Source: Terriglobia bacterium (GTDB taxonomy: Bacteria; Acidobacteriota; Terriglobia; 20CM-2-55-15). Taken from it: 64,000 bases of DNA. The position numbers and the translations under genes are program-made. Location: positions 992,001 to 1,056,000 of the forward strand of contig CAXWPJ010000002.1 in the NCBI GenBank assembly GCA_963664115.2. Direction: 5' to 3'. The notes below the pieces were generated by a model. The model had not been told where the DNA came from and did not search any database. It saw only the letters and a program-made list of their open reading frames with translations. Of the stretch, positions 27,902-37,574 are shown piece by piece. The stretch's first letter is position 1. Each line of letters starts with the position of its first letter.

Positions 27902-28492
27902 ATGGCTGTCAACTACAGTGACTTTCAGAATTTGCGCTGGTACTACCAGGCCCTCATCGTAGTGGGTGCTTCGGGAGTCATCCTCGGTTTGTTCTGGTAT
28001 CAGTTCCTGAGCCCGATCGAGGCCACCGTCGTGGCCCAGAACGCCCAACTGACCCAACTCAATCAGGATGTTGCGGCCGCCCTAGCCAGACAGCAGCAAT
28101 TGGCCGAGATCCGTGAGGAATCTGAAGCGTTGCAGGTGCAACTTGACGCCCTGAAGCCCATTTTGCCGCTGGAACGGGAGACCGACCAGATTCTGCGCCA
28201 GGTCCAGCAAGCCGCGACAGAATCGTCTCTGAGGATCCTGCGGGTATCGCCACGGGCGACCGTGGACAACGAGTTTTACTCAGAGTGGCCGATCGATATG
28301 CAGGTTGAAGCCACGTACCACAACATGGGTCTGTATCTGGATAGAATTCGGGATCTGGAGCGAATCGTGAACATCACCGGGCTTCAGATGACTGCGGCCG
28401 GAGGTGGCCTCACATCGTCGGTGTCCGCTACCTTTACCGCGACGACATTTGTATATCGCGAAGAGGAGCCGCCGGCGGGGAACGGACCATGA
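27902..28492 (+). CDS. pilO: Type IV pilus protein PilO
   Basis: TM plus coiled coil, LP, ATYH..G.YLD.I..LERIVNI. Confidence 0.88.
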   Translation: MAVNYSDFQNLRWYYQALIVVGASGVILGLFWYQFLSPIEATVVAQNAQLTQLNQDVAAALARQQQLAEIREESEALQVQLDALKPILPLERETDQILRQVQQAATESSLRILRVSPRATVDNEFYSEWPIDMQVEATYHNMGLYLDRIRDLERIVNITGLQMTAAGGGLTSSVSATFTATTFVYREEEPPAGNGP

Positions 28493-29016
28493 GCTATAAA
28501 TGGTTACTCATATGGGCTCTTGTTCCGGTCGTCGTGCCGGTCGCGGAGGGGAAAACTGCTCCTCCGACGATGCTGCTTCAAGATGCGCCTGATGTTGCGG
28601 TAGAGGAAGAAGAAGAGCCCGCGCCGCCGCCATTGGCGATTCCAGAAGGCTATCGATACGACCCGCGCGGTCGACGGGATCCTTTCGTGAATCCGGTGCC
28701 ACCACCACCACAGGCAGTCGACCCTCTGTCATTGGTGCCGTCGGTGCGCCCTTTGGGCCTTCCGGGTGTGCTGTTAAACGAAGCCCTGCTGGTTGGAGTG
28801 GTGACCTCGGAAGAGCCGTCGATGAACGTCGTGGTTGTGCTGGCTCCCAACAATCGGACGTTCTTTGCTCGGGCAGGGGATGAACTGTTCGACGCGGTGG
28901 TCAAAGAGATCAGCCCCAACGCAATCATATTCGAAGTAAAGCCTCTCGGAGGTCAACCCGAACCCGAACAACGAGAGGAAGTCGTGCGAACGTTAAACGC
29001 GACGCCAGGAGAATAA
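28489..29016 (+). CDS. pilP: PilP-like protein
   Basis: YDPRGRRDPF motif; lies between pilO and pilQ. Confidence 0.8.
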   Translation: MSYKWLLIWALVPVVVPVAEGKTAPPTMLLQDAPDVAVEEEEEPAPPPLAIPEGYRYDPRGRRDPFVNPVPPPPQAVDPLSLVPSVRPLGLPGVLLNEALLVGVVTSEEPSMNVVVVLAPNNRTFFARAGDELFDAVVKEISPNAIIFEVKPLGGQPEPEQREEVVRTLNATPGE

Positions 29017-31317
29017 GTGATGACTGTCTTCACTAAAACAACCACTGCAGCGAGCGTTCTCTTGGTCCTGTCAACCATGACCCTGGGGCAGATTTCAGAC
29101 GATTCCATAGCGGTTGAAACGCTGGTTGTGGCTCCGGCCGAAGAAGGGGTCGAGTTCACCATCAACGCGACCGAGTGGGTCCGGTACACGTACTTTGACC
29201 TGGAAGGGCCGCGTCTCGTTGTCGACTTCCACAACGCGCGGAATGCCTTGGGATTTCTGAACAAGGAAGTGGGTCATGCCGGCGTCGACCGGGTCCGGGC
29301 GTCTTTGTTCACTGATGACAAGCGCGAAGTGACGCGTCTCGTATTTGACCTGGAGGAAGAAATACCCTATGAGGTCATTGATGATGGCGCGGGTCAAGTT
29401 CGTGTGCGTTTCGGTGTGAACGACGATCGGGCAGTGCAGGCACCCGGTACAGACTCGGGCGAGGGTCTGGCGAACCTCCCCACAGAGGACACTCCGATCG
29501 AGCCTGGACCTTCTGCCGACGCTTCTCTGATTCTGGCGACCTATGAGCCGACGGAAACGGAGACGATACCGAGAGTCTTGCCTGCGGTCGACGTCCATGA
29601 AGTCGCCCATGAAGTCATTGATGCGCTTGAAGTGGCCGAGGTGGTTGCTGTTGGAGACGGCACCCTTGAGATAGCAGAATTTGCTGCGGATGATGACCGA
29701 GAAGCGTCTCTGGTTCCCATAGCCGCGCCGGTTTTGACGCCGGCAGTGGAAACGGTATCGCTAGGCCAAGGTCTCTTAGCCTCGATATCGGAGCGCGCAG
29801 AGTTTGAGATTGGTGTGGCCCCAGCAGCTATCGTTGTGGAAGCGCTGGGATCTCCCGCCCCTGCCGGCGTCGATCCGGGATCCCTGGCCCGGCTTGAAAC
29901 GGCAGGTGTGCCTCCTCGATCTAACGCCGAGGCCCCCGCCGAAACCGTTCCTGTTGCCGGGATCGCAGCTGCCCCACCCCCGTCAGCGTTCTTGAGTCAG
30001 ACCGTCGAGCCTTCCCCAACGCCGCAGTACACCGGTGAGATTGCTACGTTTGATTTTAGAGATCTGGACCTGCAGGATTTCTTCCGATTAATCGGAGACA
30101 TCAGCGGTTTGAACGTGGTCTTGGATCCTGCGGTCAACGGCACCGTGACCTTGCTGTTACGCGCCGTGCCCTGGGATCAAGCTCTCGATTTGGTGCTCCG
30201 GAACAACAGCCTGGGTTATGAGTTGGAGGGGAATATTCTGAGGGTCGCCACGCGCGCCACCCTGCAGGCCGAAGAAGATGCAGCGCGCCTGTTGCGTGAA
30301 GCACAGGCATTGAATGCGCCGCTGATGACCGAGACCTACATATTGAGCTACACGCAGTCGGCAACGGTGTCGGCCATCGTTCAGGACCTGTTGTCGCCGC
30401 GAGGCACGATCATTACCGACCCGCGCCGCAATGCGCTGATTATCACCGACATCCCAAGCCAGTTTGGACGTGTGGGATCTCTCGTTTCGTTCCTCGACAC
30501 TCCGTCCCAGCAGGTGGAAATCGAAGCCCGCCTTCTTTCAGCGAGCAAGTCGTTCTCCAGAGATCTCGGTACCCAGATCGGTCTTCTGATTGGCAACAAC
30601 AGTCAGAACGCTGTTACGGGTCTCCCGGGCTCGGGAAGTCCCTTCGCCCGGACGCCTGTGCCCAGTGTGAACGTGGGTGGAGCCCTCCCGCTTATTTCCG
30701 ATTTTCCGGCTGGGGGGACGTCCGGACTGTCGTTCCTGCTCGGTGCGGGCGGCGACATCTTGTTAGACACGATTATTCAGGCAGCCGAGGCCAGAGGTAC
30801 CGCAAAACTGTTGTCCCGGCCCAGAATTACGACGCAGAACAATCAATCAGCGACTGTTTCCCAGGGCACTCAGATACCCGTTCAGACCAATGTGAACAAC
30901 ACGATTACGGTCACCTTCGTCGACTTTTCTCTCAGTTTGACCGTGACGCCACAGATAACGGAAGCCGGGACGATTTTGCTGACGGTGGCCATCGAGAACA
31001 GCAGCCCGGAATTCGGGCGATCCGTCAACGGCATCCCCTCGGTTTCCTCACAGCAGGCCACAACGCAGGTTCTCATACCCGATGGCGGAACCGCCGTGAT
31101 CGGAGGAATTCTGCTCGACAACGATTCCGTCAACGTCAGTCAGGTCCCCGGGCTGGGCAACATCCCCGTGCTGGGGAATCTGTTCAAGAGTGCGCAGGTG
31201 ATCAAGAGCACGAGCGAACTGTTGTTCTTCATTACGGCGCGCATCAAGCCGGCGAACCCGCTGGAGTTCCTGTCGGCAACGACATCGGAGGAGTCCTCCC
31301 AGCTCTTCGCTCAGTAA
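29017..31317 (+). CDS. pilQ: Type IV pilus secretin with AMIN domain
   Basis: PRLVVDF AMIN, VPWDQALD, QVEIEARL, DGGTAVIGG, VPGLGNIPVLGNLF. Confidence 0.93.
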   Translation: MMTVFTKTTTAASVLLVLSTMTLGQISDDSIAVETLVVAPAEEGVEFTINATEWVRYTYFDLEGPRLVVDFHNARNALGFLNKEVGHAGVDRVRASLFTDDKREVTRLVFDLEEEIPYEVIDDGAGQVRVRFGVNDDRAVQAPGTDSGEGLANLPTEDTPIEPGPSADASLILATYEPTETETIPRVLPAVDVHEVAHEVIDALEVAEVVAVGDGTLEIAEFAADDDREASLVPIAAPVLTPAVETVSLGQGLLASISERAEFEIGVAPAAIVVEALGSPAPAGVDPGSLARLETAGVPPRSNAEAPAETVPVAGIAAAPPPSAFLSQTVEPSPTPQYTGEIATFDFRDLDLQDFFRLIGDISGLNVVLDPAVNGTVTLLLRAVPWDQALDLVLRNNSLGYELEGNILRVATRATLQAEEDAARLLREAQALNAPLMTETYILSYTQSATVSAIVQDLLSPRGTIITDPRRNALIITDIPSQFGRVGSLVSFLDTPSQQVEIEARLLSASKSFSRDLGTQIGLLIGNNSQNAVTGLPGSGSPFARTPVPSVNVGGALPLISDFPAGGTSGLSFLLGAGGDILLDTIIQAAEARGTAKLLSRPRITTQNNQSATVSQGTQIPVQTNVNNTITVTFVDFSLSLTVTPQITEAGTILLTVAIENSSPEFGRSVNGIPSVSSQQATTQVLIPDGGTAVIGGILLDNDSVNVSQVPGLGNIPVLGNLFKSAQVIKSTSELLFFITARIKPANPLEFLSATTSEESSQLFAQ

Positions 31318-31408
31318 TTGGAAACAGGCGATCCTCTATCCGGGTGAGGGTCCTCCGCCTTCGAGCGTAAGGATTGTCATCCGGAACAGGTTCGAACAGG
31401 TCGATCAG

Positions 31409-31786
31409 GTGCCTAGTCCTCTCTTCCAAGAAGTGTTTGAAAGCGTACGTAAGCAGCTCGCGGGTTTTCGGGCGCTCGCTCTCGTAAGCCTGGATGGCGG
31501 AGTCGTCGAACAGTTGACCGGCGATTCCACGCTCAATCCGGACACGCTGTCCGAGTTCGCCACGATCCTTCGCATTGCACAGCACACCTCCGAAGACACC
31601 GCCGCGGGCCAGCTTACCGAAATGTCATGGACCGCGGACCGGTCCCTGGTCCTCGCACGGCGTGTTGCGGGAGAAAGTTTTCTGATCCTGGCGGGAGAGC
31701 CGGAACTCCGTCTTGGTTTCGCCCGGTATCTGCTCAGAAGAGCTGCCTGGGAACTCCGGCCACAGTTTGAGAAAGCTCCAGGGTAG
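31409..31786 (+). CDS. Roadblock/LC7 (MglB-like) protein
   Basis: G.RALALVSLDG; C-terminal LG.ARY.LRRA; 125 aa. Confidence 0.65.
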   Translation: MPSPLFQEVFESVRKQLAGFRALALVSLDGGVVEQLTGDSTLNPDTLSEFATILRIAQHTSEDTAAGQLTEMSWTADRSLVLARRVAGESFLILAGEPELRLGFARYLLRRAAWELRPQFEKAPG

Positions 31787-31831
31787 GAGCACGGCGTTGA
31801 TCTACGGTGCTACAAGTGCCGTTCGGTCCAA

Positions 31832-31840
31832 TGCTATACT
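31832..31840 (+). promoter_or_regulatory. Extended -10 element before accB
   Basis: TGcTATACT 12 bp upstream of the ATG. Confidence 0.4.
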
Positions 31841-31852
31841 CTTCCGATTGTC

Positions 31853-32314
31853 ATGAACTTCAAAGAGCTGAAAGAACTCATAGAAATCGTTTCAACGAAC
31901 GATAACATCGAAGAACTTGAGGTCGAGAAAGCGGGCGTACGTCTGAAGGTCCGGAAAGCCGGGAGCGCTCGGAAGCCGACGCAGAGTTTCGACGTTCCGC
32001 ATCCCCAGGGTGCCGCTGCCAGGGTTCTCAATCAGCCTTCCGCAGATACCCCAGCGGCGGCTGATGGGGCGGGAGTATTTTTCGTGGCCTCCCCCATGGT
32101 AGGAACGTTCTACCGGGCGCCCAACCCGGACACGGAACCTTTTGTAAAAGTAGGGGATTTCGTCGAAAAGGGTAGTGTCGTTTGCATCGTCGAGGCGATG
32201 AAGTTGATGAACGAAATCGAATCCGAGGTTGCCGGAGAGATCGTCAGTATTCCTGTCGAGAATGGCCAACCTGTTGAATATGGTGAGCGACTGTTCGCCA
32301 TCCGCCCGCGCTGA
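31853..32314 (+). CDS. accB: Acetyl-CoA carboxylase biotin carboxyl carrier protein
   Basis: [17 protein letters not shown]. Confidence 0.96.
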   Translation: MNFKELKELIEIVSTNDNIEELEVEKAGVRLKVRKAGSARKPTQSFDVPHPQGAAARVLNQPSADTPAAADGAGVFFVASPMVGTFYRAPNPDTEPFVKVGDFVEKGSVVCIVEAMKLMNEIESEVAGEIVSIPVENGQPVEYGERLFAIRPR

Positions 32315-32341
32315 TCGTCTGATCTGAGGTCTCCAATCCCG

Positions 32342-33712
32342 ATGTTCAGGAAAATACTGATTGCCAACAGAGGAGAGATCGCACTCCGAGTCATGTTTGC
32401 ATGTAAGGAACTCGGTCTCGGGACGGTTGCCGTGTACTCCGAGGCGGACAGGGATGCCCTTCATGTTCGATTCGCCGATGAGGCCGTATGTATCGGGCCG
32501 GCTCGTAGTGTGGAAAGTTACCTCAATATTCCCAGCGTGATCAGCGCCGCCGAGCTCTCCAACGCAGACGCTATACATCCCGGTTACGGTTTCCTTGCCG
32601 AAGACGCCCATTTTGCCGAGGTGTGTGAGGAGTGCGGGATCAAGTTTATCGGTCCGTCTCCGCTCAGTATCCGGATGATGGGCGACAAGGCCCGTGCGCG
32701 GTCGGCAATCTCCCGGATCGGCTTGGAGGTGCTCCCGGGAAGCTCGGATCCAGTTAAGGACTCCGACGAGGCTCTGGCAATTGCGGATGAGATCGGGTAT
32801 CCCGTCATTATCAAGGCTGTGGCCGGTGGTGGAGGCCGGGGAATGCGGATTGTGAGAGAGCCCTCCGACATGGCAGGGTCATTGGGGACCGCGCGAGCCG
32901 AGGCCCTGGCGGGCTTTGGTTCGGACGCGTGCTATTTGGAGAAATTTGTCGAGAAGGCCCGCCATATCGAGTTTCAGATTCTGGCCGACGAACACGGCAA
33001 CGTGATTCATCTTGGTGAGAGAGAGTGTTCGATTCAGCGCCGGCATCAGAAACTGCTGGAAGAGGCTCCGTCGGTAATCATTGATGATGCGCTACGGCAC
33101 AAGATCGGGTCCCGGGTCGTGGCTGCAGTTAAGGAACTCGGCTACACGAGTGTCGGGACGATGGAGTTTCTCGTCGACGGAGACATGAATTTCTATTTCA
33201 TGGAGATGAACGCGAGGATACAGGTCGAGCACGGTGTGACCGAAATCGTTACAGGTGTCGATCTGATCCGCGAACAGATCCAGGTTGCTGCGGGCGAGGT
33301 CTTGCGCCACCGCCAGGAGGACGTTCATTTCCGGGGTCATGCGATTGAATGCCGGATCAACGCCGAAGATCCGTTTACTCATCGGCCCTCTCCAGGGAAA
33401 ATAACCTCGTGGCACCCTCCGGGAGGGCCCGGTGTGCGCGTTGATACGGCTGCATACGCGGAATACGTGGTGCCGCCCTATTACGATTCGCTGATCGCCA
33501 AGGTGATCGCTCTTGCAGCGAGTAGGGACGAAGCACTGCGCCGGATGGACCGGGCATTGAGGACGTTTATCGTCGAAGGCGTTCAAACAACGATACCCCT
33601 CCATTTGAAGATCCTGGCTGACCCGCGTTTCAAGGCCGGGGACATGTCCACGGCTTTTCTCGAACAGACCGGTATCCTCGCCCCCGGCACCGGGGTTAGC
33701 AAGCCTGCATGA
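32342..33712 (+). CDS. accC: Acetyl-CoA carboxylase biotin carboxylase
   Basis: [43 protein letters not shown]. Confidence 0.96.
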   Translation: MFRKILIANRGEIALRVMFACKELGLGTVAVYSEADRDALHVRFADEAVCIGPARSVESYLNIPSVISAAELSNADAIHPGYGFLAEDAHFAEVCEECGIKFIGPSPLSIRMMGDKARARSAISRIGLEVLPGSSDPVKDSDEALAIADEIGYPVIIKAVAGGGGRGMRIVREPSDMAGSLGTARAEALAGFGSDACYLEKFVEKARHIEFQILADEHGNVIHLGERECSIQRRHQKLLEEAPSVIIDDALRHKIGSRVVAAVKELGYTSVGTMEFLVDGDMNFYFMEMNARIQVEHGVTEIVTGVDLIREQIQVAAGEVLRHRQEDVHFRGHAIECRINAEDPFTHRPSPGKITSWHPPGGPGVRVDTAAYAEYVVPPYYDSLIAKVIALAASRDEALRRMDRALRTFIVEGVQTTIPLHLKILADPRFKAGDMSTAFLEQTGILAPGTGVSKPA

Positions 33713-34332
33713 AGCGGCCCCCCCCGCTCTACGCCATCGCCGATGCGGCCTTCGGCGATCCAATTGACATTTCCCGCCGTCTATTCCGAGGTGGCGCCCT
33801 ACTCGTACAGATTCGTAACAAGCAAGCCGCGTCTGGACAACTTCTGGAACAAGCCGTTCGGATCGTGCGGGAGGCTCCGCCTTCCGGAATGGTCATCGTG
33901 AATGATCGGGCCGATGTCGCGGCAATTGCGGGTGCGGCGGGTGTCCATGTCGGTCAGGGCGATCTCCGTCCGTCTATGGCGCGGGCAATCCTCGACAGCG
34001 AGAGCGTGGTTGGCGTTTCCACACACAACGTATCTCAAGTCCAGGCTGCCCTTGCCGAACCTGTGGACTATATCGCCGTCGGTCCCGTTTTCGAGACATC
34101 TACGAAAAAAGATCACGCAAAGGTGCTTGGCTTGGAGTGCCTCGCTGAGATCTGTGAAGCGGTTGACCGGCCGGTCATTGCTATCGGGGGTATCCGACTG
34201 GAACACCTGGGAGAGGTATTTGCGGCCGGCGCAAACTCGGTAGCGGTGATTTCGGATCTGATCGGTCATGGATCAATTGAGGCGCGGACGGAAAAGTATC
34301 TGGATAGACTGGCCGAGATCGAAGGCGTTTAG
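33709..34332 (+). CDS. thiE: Thiamine-phosphate synthase
   Basis: [37 protein letters not shown]. Confidence 0.93.
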   Translation: MKRPPPLYAIADAAFGDPIDISRRLFRGGALLVQIRNKQAASGQLLEQAVRIVREAPPSGMVIVNDRADVAAIAGAAGVHVGQGDLRPSMARAILDSESVVGVSTHNVSQVQAALAEPVDYIAVGPVFETSTKKDHAKVLGLECLAEICEAVDRPVIAIGGIRLEHLGEVFAAGANSVAVISDLIGHGSIEARTEKYLDRLAEIEGV

Positions 34333-34497
34333 GACCTCGTGGATCGCTTAAATACTGTTGAAGCGGGCTCCAGAATGACTCGTAGCGGTCCGCACGTTCA
34401 GAGATCAAAGATGATTGGATCGAACCGGGGGCCGAGCAAGCGCCGAACTTCGGAATCGGTGCGCGGGTGCCGATAAGCCATTAGAACCGTCTACTAG

Positions 34498-36346
34498 TCC
34501 CAAAACAAGCGCATAACCAGTCCGCCGAGGCCCAGTTCGCGCCGATAGAATTCGAGGCATAGAATCCCGTTCCCGGATGGCCTGTTCCAGGTATCGAGTT
34601 TCTGTTGAATCTGTTTCAGTTCAGCCTCGCTGGTGTTGGACGGTTGACAGAAACCGGGACCTCGATCGCCCGGGCTCAGAGTCATGATCGGGTCAACATC
34701 GCAGAGGCTGACGCAACACATCCACCCCGCGGAACAAGACCGGCAACCACCGGTTCCAGGCCAGGATCCGGAACAGAATGCGCCGCCCGGTGCGCACGAG
34801 TTGGCACGGCACAAGCATGAAAGCGTTCAAGAAGGTTTTGAACTCCATGCGCAGCACGGTTTGCTTCTCAGCCTGATATTTTTGGCCCCAACGTCCGGTT
34901 TCGGGAAGCAGCAATGCAAACCACGCTTTCAGTGTCCAGGCCAGTGACGCGATCACCATGTAGGCCCAGTTGCTGGTCTGATCTCCGACCGGCATCCGCA
35001 ACGCCTGAACGCCGTTCTTCAACTGCTCAATGAGATTCTCCTGATTGCACCGTTGATTGGCACGCATCACAATCTGGTCGGCCGGATCCGAACGGTTGGT
35101 AATGTAGAAGAAGTACCGGATGTCGTCAAACAACACCTGCTCTCCTTTGGCCACCGACAGATTCTTCCGCACCACGACGACACGGTAGTCCCGATCGCAG
35201 GCTCCGGGTCGATACCGAAACTCGGCCACATCCTCACCCTGCAAGCGGATATTGTCGAAACCGCGCTGCCGAACGATCTCTTCCTTCACGTTGTCGGGAC
35301 GTTGGCGCGGTTCGGTCGCCACGTCGTATTTCGCGGGCCGTTCCAGGCGCTTCCACTGGCGCGGCTCCAGTTCATCGGCCCGGGCCTTCAGGTTCGCCAT
35401 CGCGTCAATCCCGAATATGAAACCCACCTGCTGGTCGTCCCATCCGTCCAGATGCCGGGTCTGGCTGAAGTCCGTGTCCCCGCGCAGCAGGATCTGGCGA
35501 AACCCCGCATGCCGGCACAATGCGATGGCTTGGTCGAACCGGACCGCGGCTCCTTCATGCGACGGCCGGTTGCCGCTACGATTGACCAGATACAGCGGTT
35601 CGGCGGTGTTGGCCAGCGAGATCATCAGCGGGTGATATCCCCACGTCCCGTCGTAGGCCACGTCCATCCCTTGCTTGCATTCCCCCGTGGTTTCGGCCAG
35701 TGTCCCGTCCGCGTCCAACACCGCTTCTTCGAAAAACGCCGCCGGTTGCTGTCGCCAGACTCCGAGCCGGACTTGATTGGTTGCCTCCATCAGACACTCC
35801 ACGTCGTCGGCCTCGAATCTCCGGCAGAAGTCTCCCGCCGTCGTCGGATCCGGAATCCGTTGCGCTCCCAGCGCATCCAGATACACCGCATCGTTGCGCC
35901 GCAGTTCGATGTCTTCCAGGCACGTTCCTCCGCTCAAGGCGTTGTAGGCGATGTTCAGCACGTGATCCGACTCGTGATACGGCAGGTGCCGCTTCAACAC
36001 ATGCACGCCCTTGTCGATGGCTTCGATCAGCCCGGTCCGCCGCGCCACCAGTTGCATCGTCCCGATACCACCAACCGATGTGCCCCGCGTCCGCTCTCCC
36101 ATCTCGTACTGAATGTTGCTCGCCGAAAACATCGGCTCTACCTGATCCGTCCAATGCCGGTCCCCAAGCCGACGTTCGATTCGCCGCTTGCGGTTCCTCA
36201 TGTTCTTGCGCGTATAATCGTTCATCTGAAATGCCTCCTTTTCCGAAGAATCTGTTCAAGGTTTTTTTCGCACGGAGAGGGGGCATTTCGGGTACTTCCG
36301 CTCTTATTGCACTATCATTTCCTCGTCAATCACGCTTGTTCAGGGA
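34498..36346 (-). mobile_element. IS1380-family element type A, copy 2 (1849 bp)
   Basis: Same ends, length and translation as copy 1; CTAG at 34494-34497 and 36347-36350. Confidence 0.93.
34693..36225 (-). CDS. IS1380 transposase
   Basis: Translation identical to 19204-20736. Confidence 0.93.
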   Translation of the reverse strand: MNDYTRKNMRNRKRRIERRLGDRHWTDQVEPMFSASNIQYEMGERTRGTSVGGIGTMQLVARRTGLIEAIDKGVHVLKRHLPYHESDHVLNIAYNALSGGTCLEDIELRRNDAVYLDALGAQRIPDPTTAGDFCRRFEADDVECLMEATNQVRLGVWRQQPAAFFEEAVLDADGTLAETTGECKQGMDVAYDGTWGYHPLMISLANTAEPLYLVNRSGNRPSHEGAAVRFDQAIALCRHAGFRQILLRGDTDFSQTRHLDGWDDQQVGFIFGIDAMANLKARADELEPRQWKRLERPAKYDVATEPRQRPDNVKEEIVRQRGFDNIRLQGEDVAEFRYRPGACDRDYRVVVVRKNLSVAKGEQVLFDDIRYFFYITNRSDPADQIVMRANQRCNQENLIEQLKNGVQALRMPVGDQTSNWAYMVIASLAWTLKAWFALLLPETGRWGQKYQAEKQTVLRMEFKTFLNAFMLVPCQLVRTGRRILFRILAWNRWLPVLFRGVDVLRQPLRC

Positions 36347-36436
36347 CTAGGTATGTCAGGATGGTGGTTCGAGAGCACGGAATTGCGTAAACTGTAGGGT
36401 TGAATAACGTGTGCTGCGGTCTGCCGTGGCCGAAGG

Positions 36437-37159
36437 ATGGGGCGGAAGGTGCCAAGAGACGCATTGTTGGAAGTGTCCCAGCAGCAGCATGAGTGGAGTT
36501 CGTCCGTTGTTACTGCAGCCGTGCCTGCGGTCGAGCTGTATATGATCCGCACGCCACGGCATCGACCCGCGCTGTTTTTGCCGCGCAGTTCACTTGAGCT
36601 GTGCGCCGCCACGGAGAGCAATCGATTCCGCCGCTTTATTCGCCGGATGATGAGGAATCGAAATTTCCTCATCCGTTGGGTCGGTCGGGTGACGCGGGGG
36701 GGATACCGCTACTATCAGAAACTTGAAGATAGGATCGACCCGCTCGAACGGATGATCAAGGCGCTTAACTGCCCGCGCTCGTTGCGTATCCTGCACGCTC
36801 CAAGCTCCAATCCGGAATCGCAGTTTCGGGATCTTCTGCGTGCGCAGATCATCAAGCACACGGCGTGGCTCATCGTCGACGGGGCCCTGACGACAGTTGC
36901 TGCGATGTTTTTCTGGGTGCTGGTGCCCATTCCGGGTCCGAACGTATTGTTCTATTACCCCGCATTGCGGTTAGCCAGCCACTACAGAGCCATGACCGGG
37001 GCGAGACGCGCGCTACACAGTATCGAGATCAAGTTTGATGCGCTGTCCAACTTGGCCCGTGTCGAAGAAGACCTCCGAAACCAGTCGAGCGGCACTGACG
37101 CAGATGAGTTCGTCACCGGTGTTGAGGGACTGGCAGTTTTTCTCAAACGATTCGTGTAG
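36437..37159 (+). CDS. Hypothetical membrane protein resembling the mitochondrial K+/H+ exchange-related (Mit_KHE1) family
   Basis: H..W.....LVPIPGPNVLFYY...R..SHYRA..GA; true start probably nearer 36521. Confidence 0.6.
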   Translation: MGRKVPRDALLEVSQQQHEWSSSVVTAAVPAVELYMIRTPRHRPALFLPRSSLELCAATESNRFRRFIRRMMRNRNFLIRWVGRVTRGGYRYYQKLEDRIDPLERMIKALNCPRSLRILHAPSSNPESQFRDLLRAQIIKHTAWLIVDGALTTVAAMFFWVLVPIPGPNVLFYYPALRLASHYRAMTGARRALHSIEIKFDALSNLARVEEDLRNQSSGTDADEFVTGVEGLAVFLKRFV

Positions 37160-37452
37160 TGGCCTGTACACCAAAATCGGGACCAGCGTTCGGGCCAAAC
37201 GGCGCTGGATTCCAGGAGACGACTTGGCGACGACTCGACGTCACAGCGACGAGGCAATGTCCCTGCATTCCGAGGAGTTGACGACAACGAAGGCAATGCC
37301 GATTCGCGGGAACCCTTTGGGCCGATGGGGGTTGCCGACGATATCTTCGTTACGAGCCGTCCTCGATGCAAAAACATCGATTTCCGTCTCGCGCCTCGAT
37401 CTCGCCAGCAAGACCCATCGGCGCTGGTCCCGATTTGGGTGGTACAGGCCAC
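37159..37452. mobile_element. Fold-back MITE, IS630/Tc1-type
   Basis: ~30-bp TIRs GTGGCCTGTAC(C)ACC(A/C)AAATCGGGACCAGCG; TA duplication at 37157-58 and 37453-54; no transposase. Confidence 0.85.
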
Positions 37453-37574
37453 TAGCAGCCCGCGGCAGCAGTCTGCGCGTTGTACTTTGAGGGATTCACA
37501 AGACATATGTGCGATGTGATTGGGTGCCCCGTTATACTGGCGTAAGCAGCTAAATTATAATGACATAACGCCAT

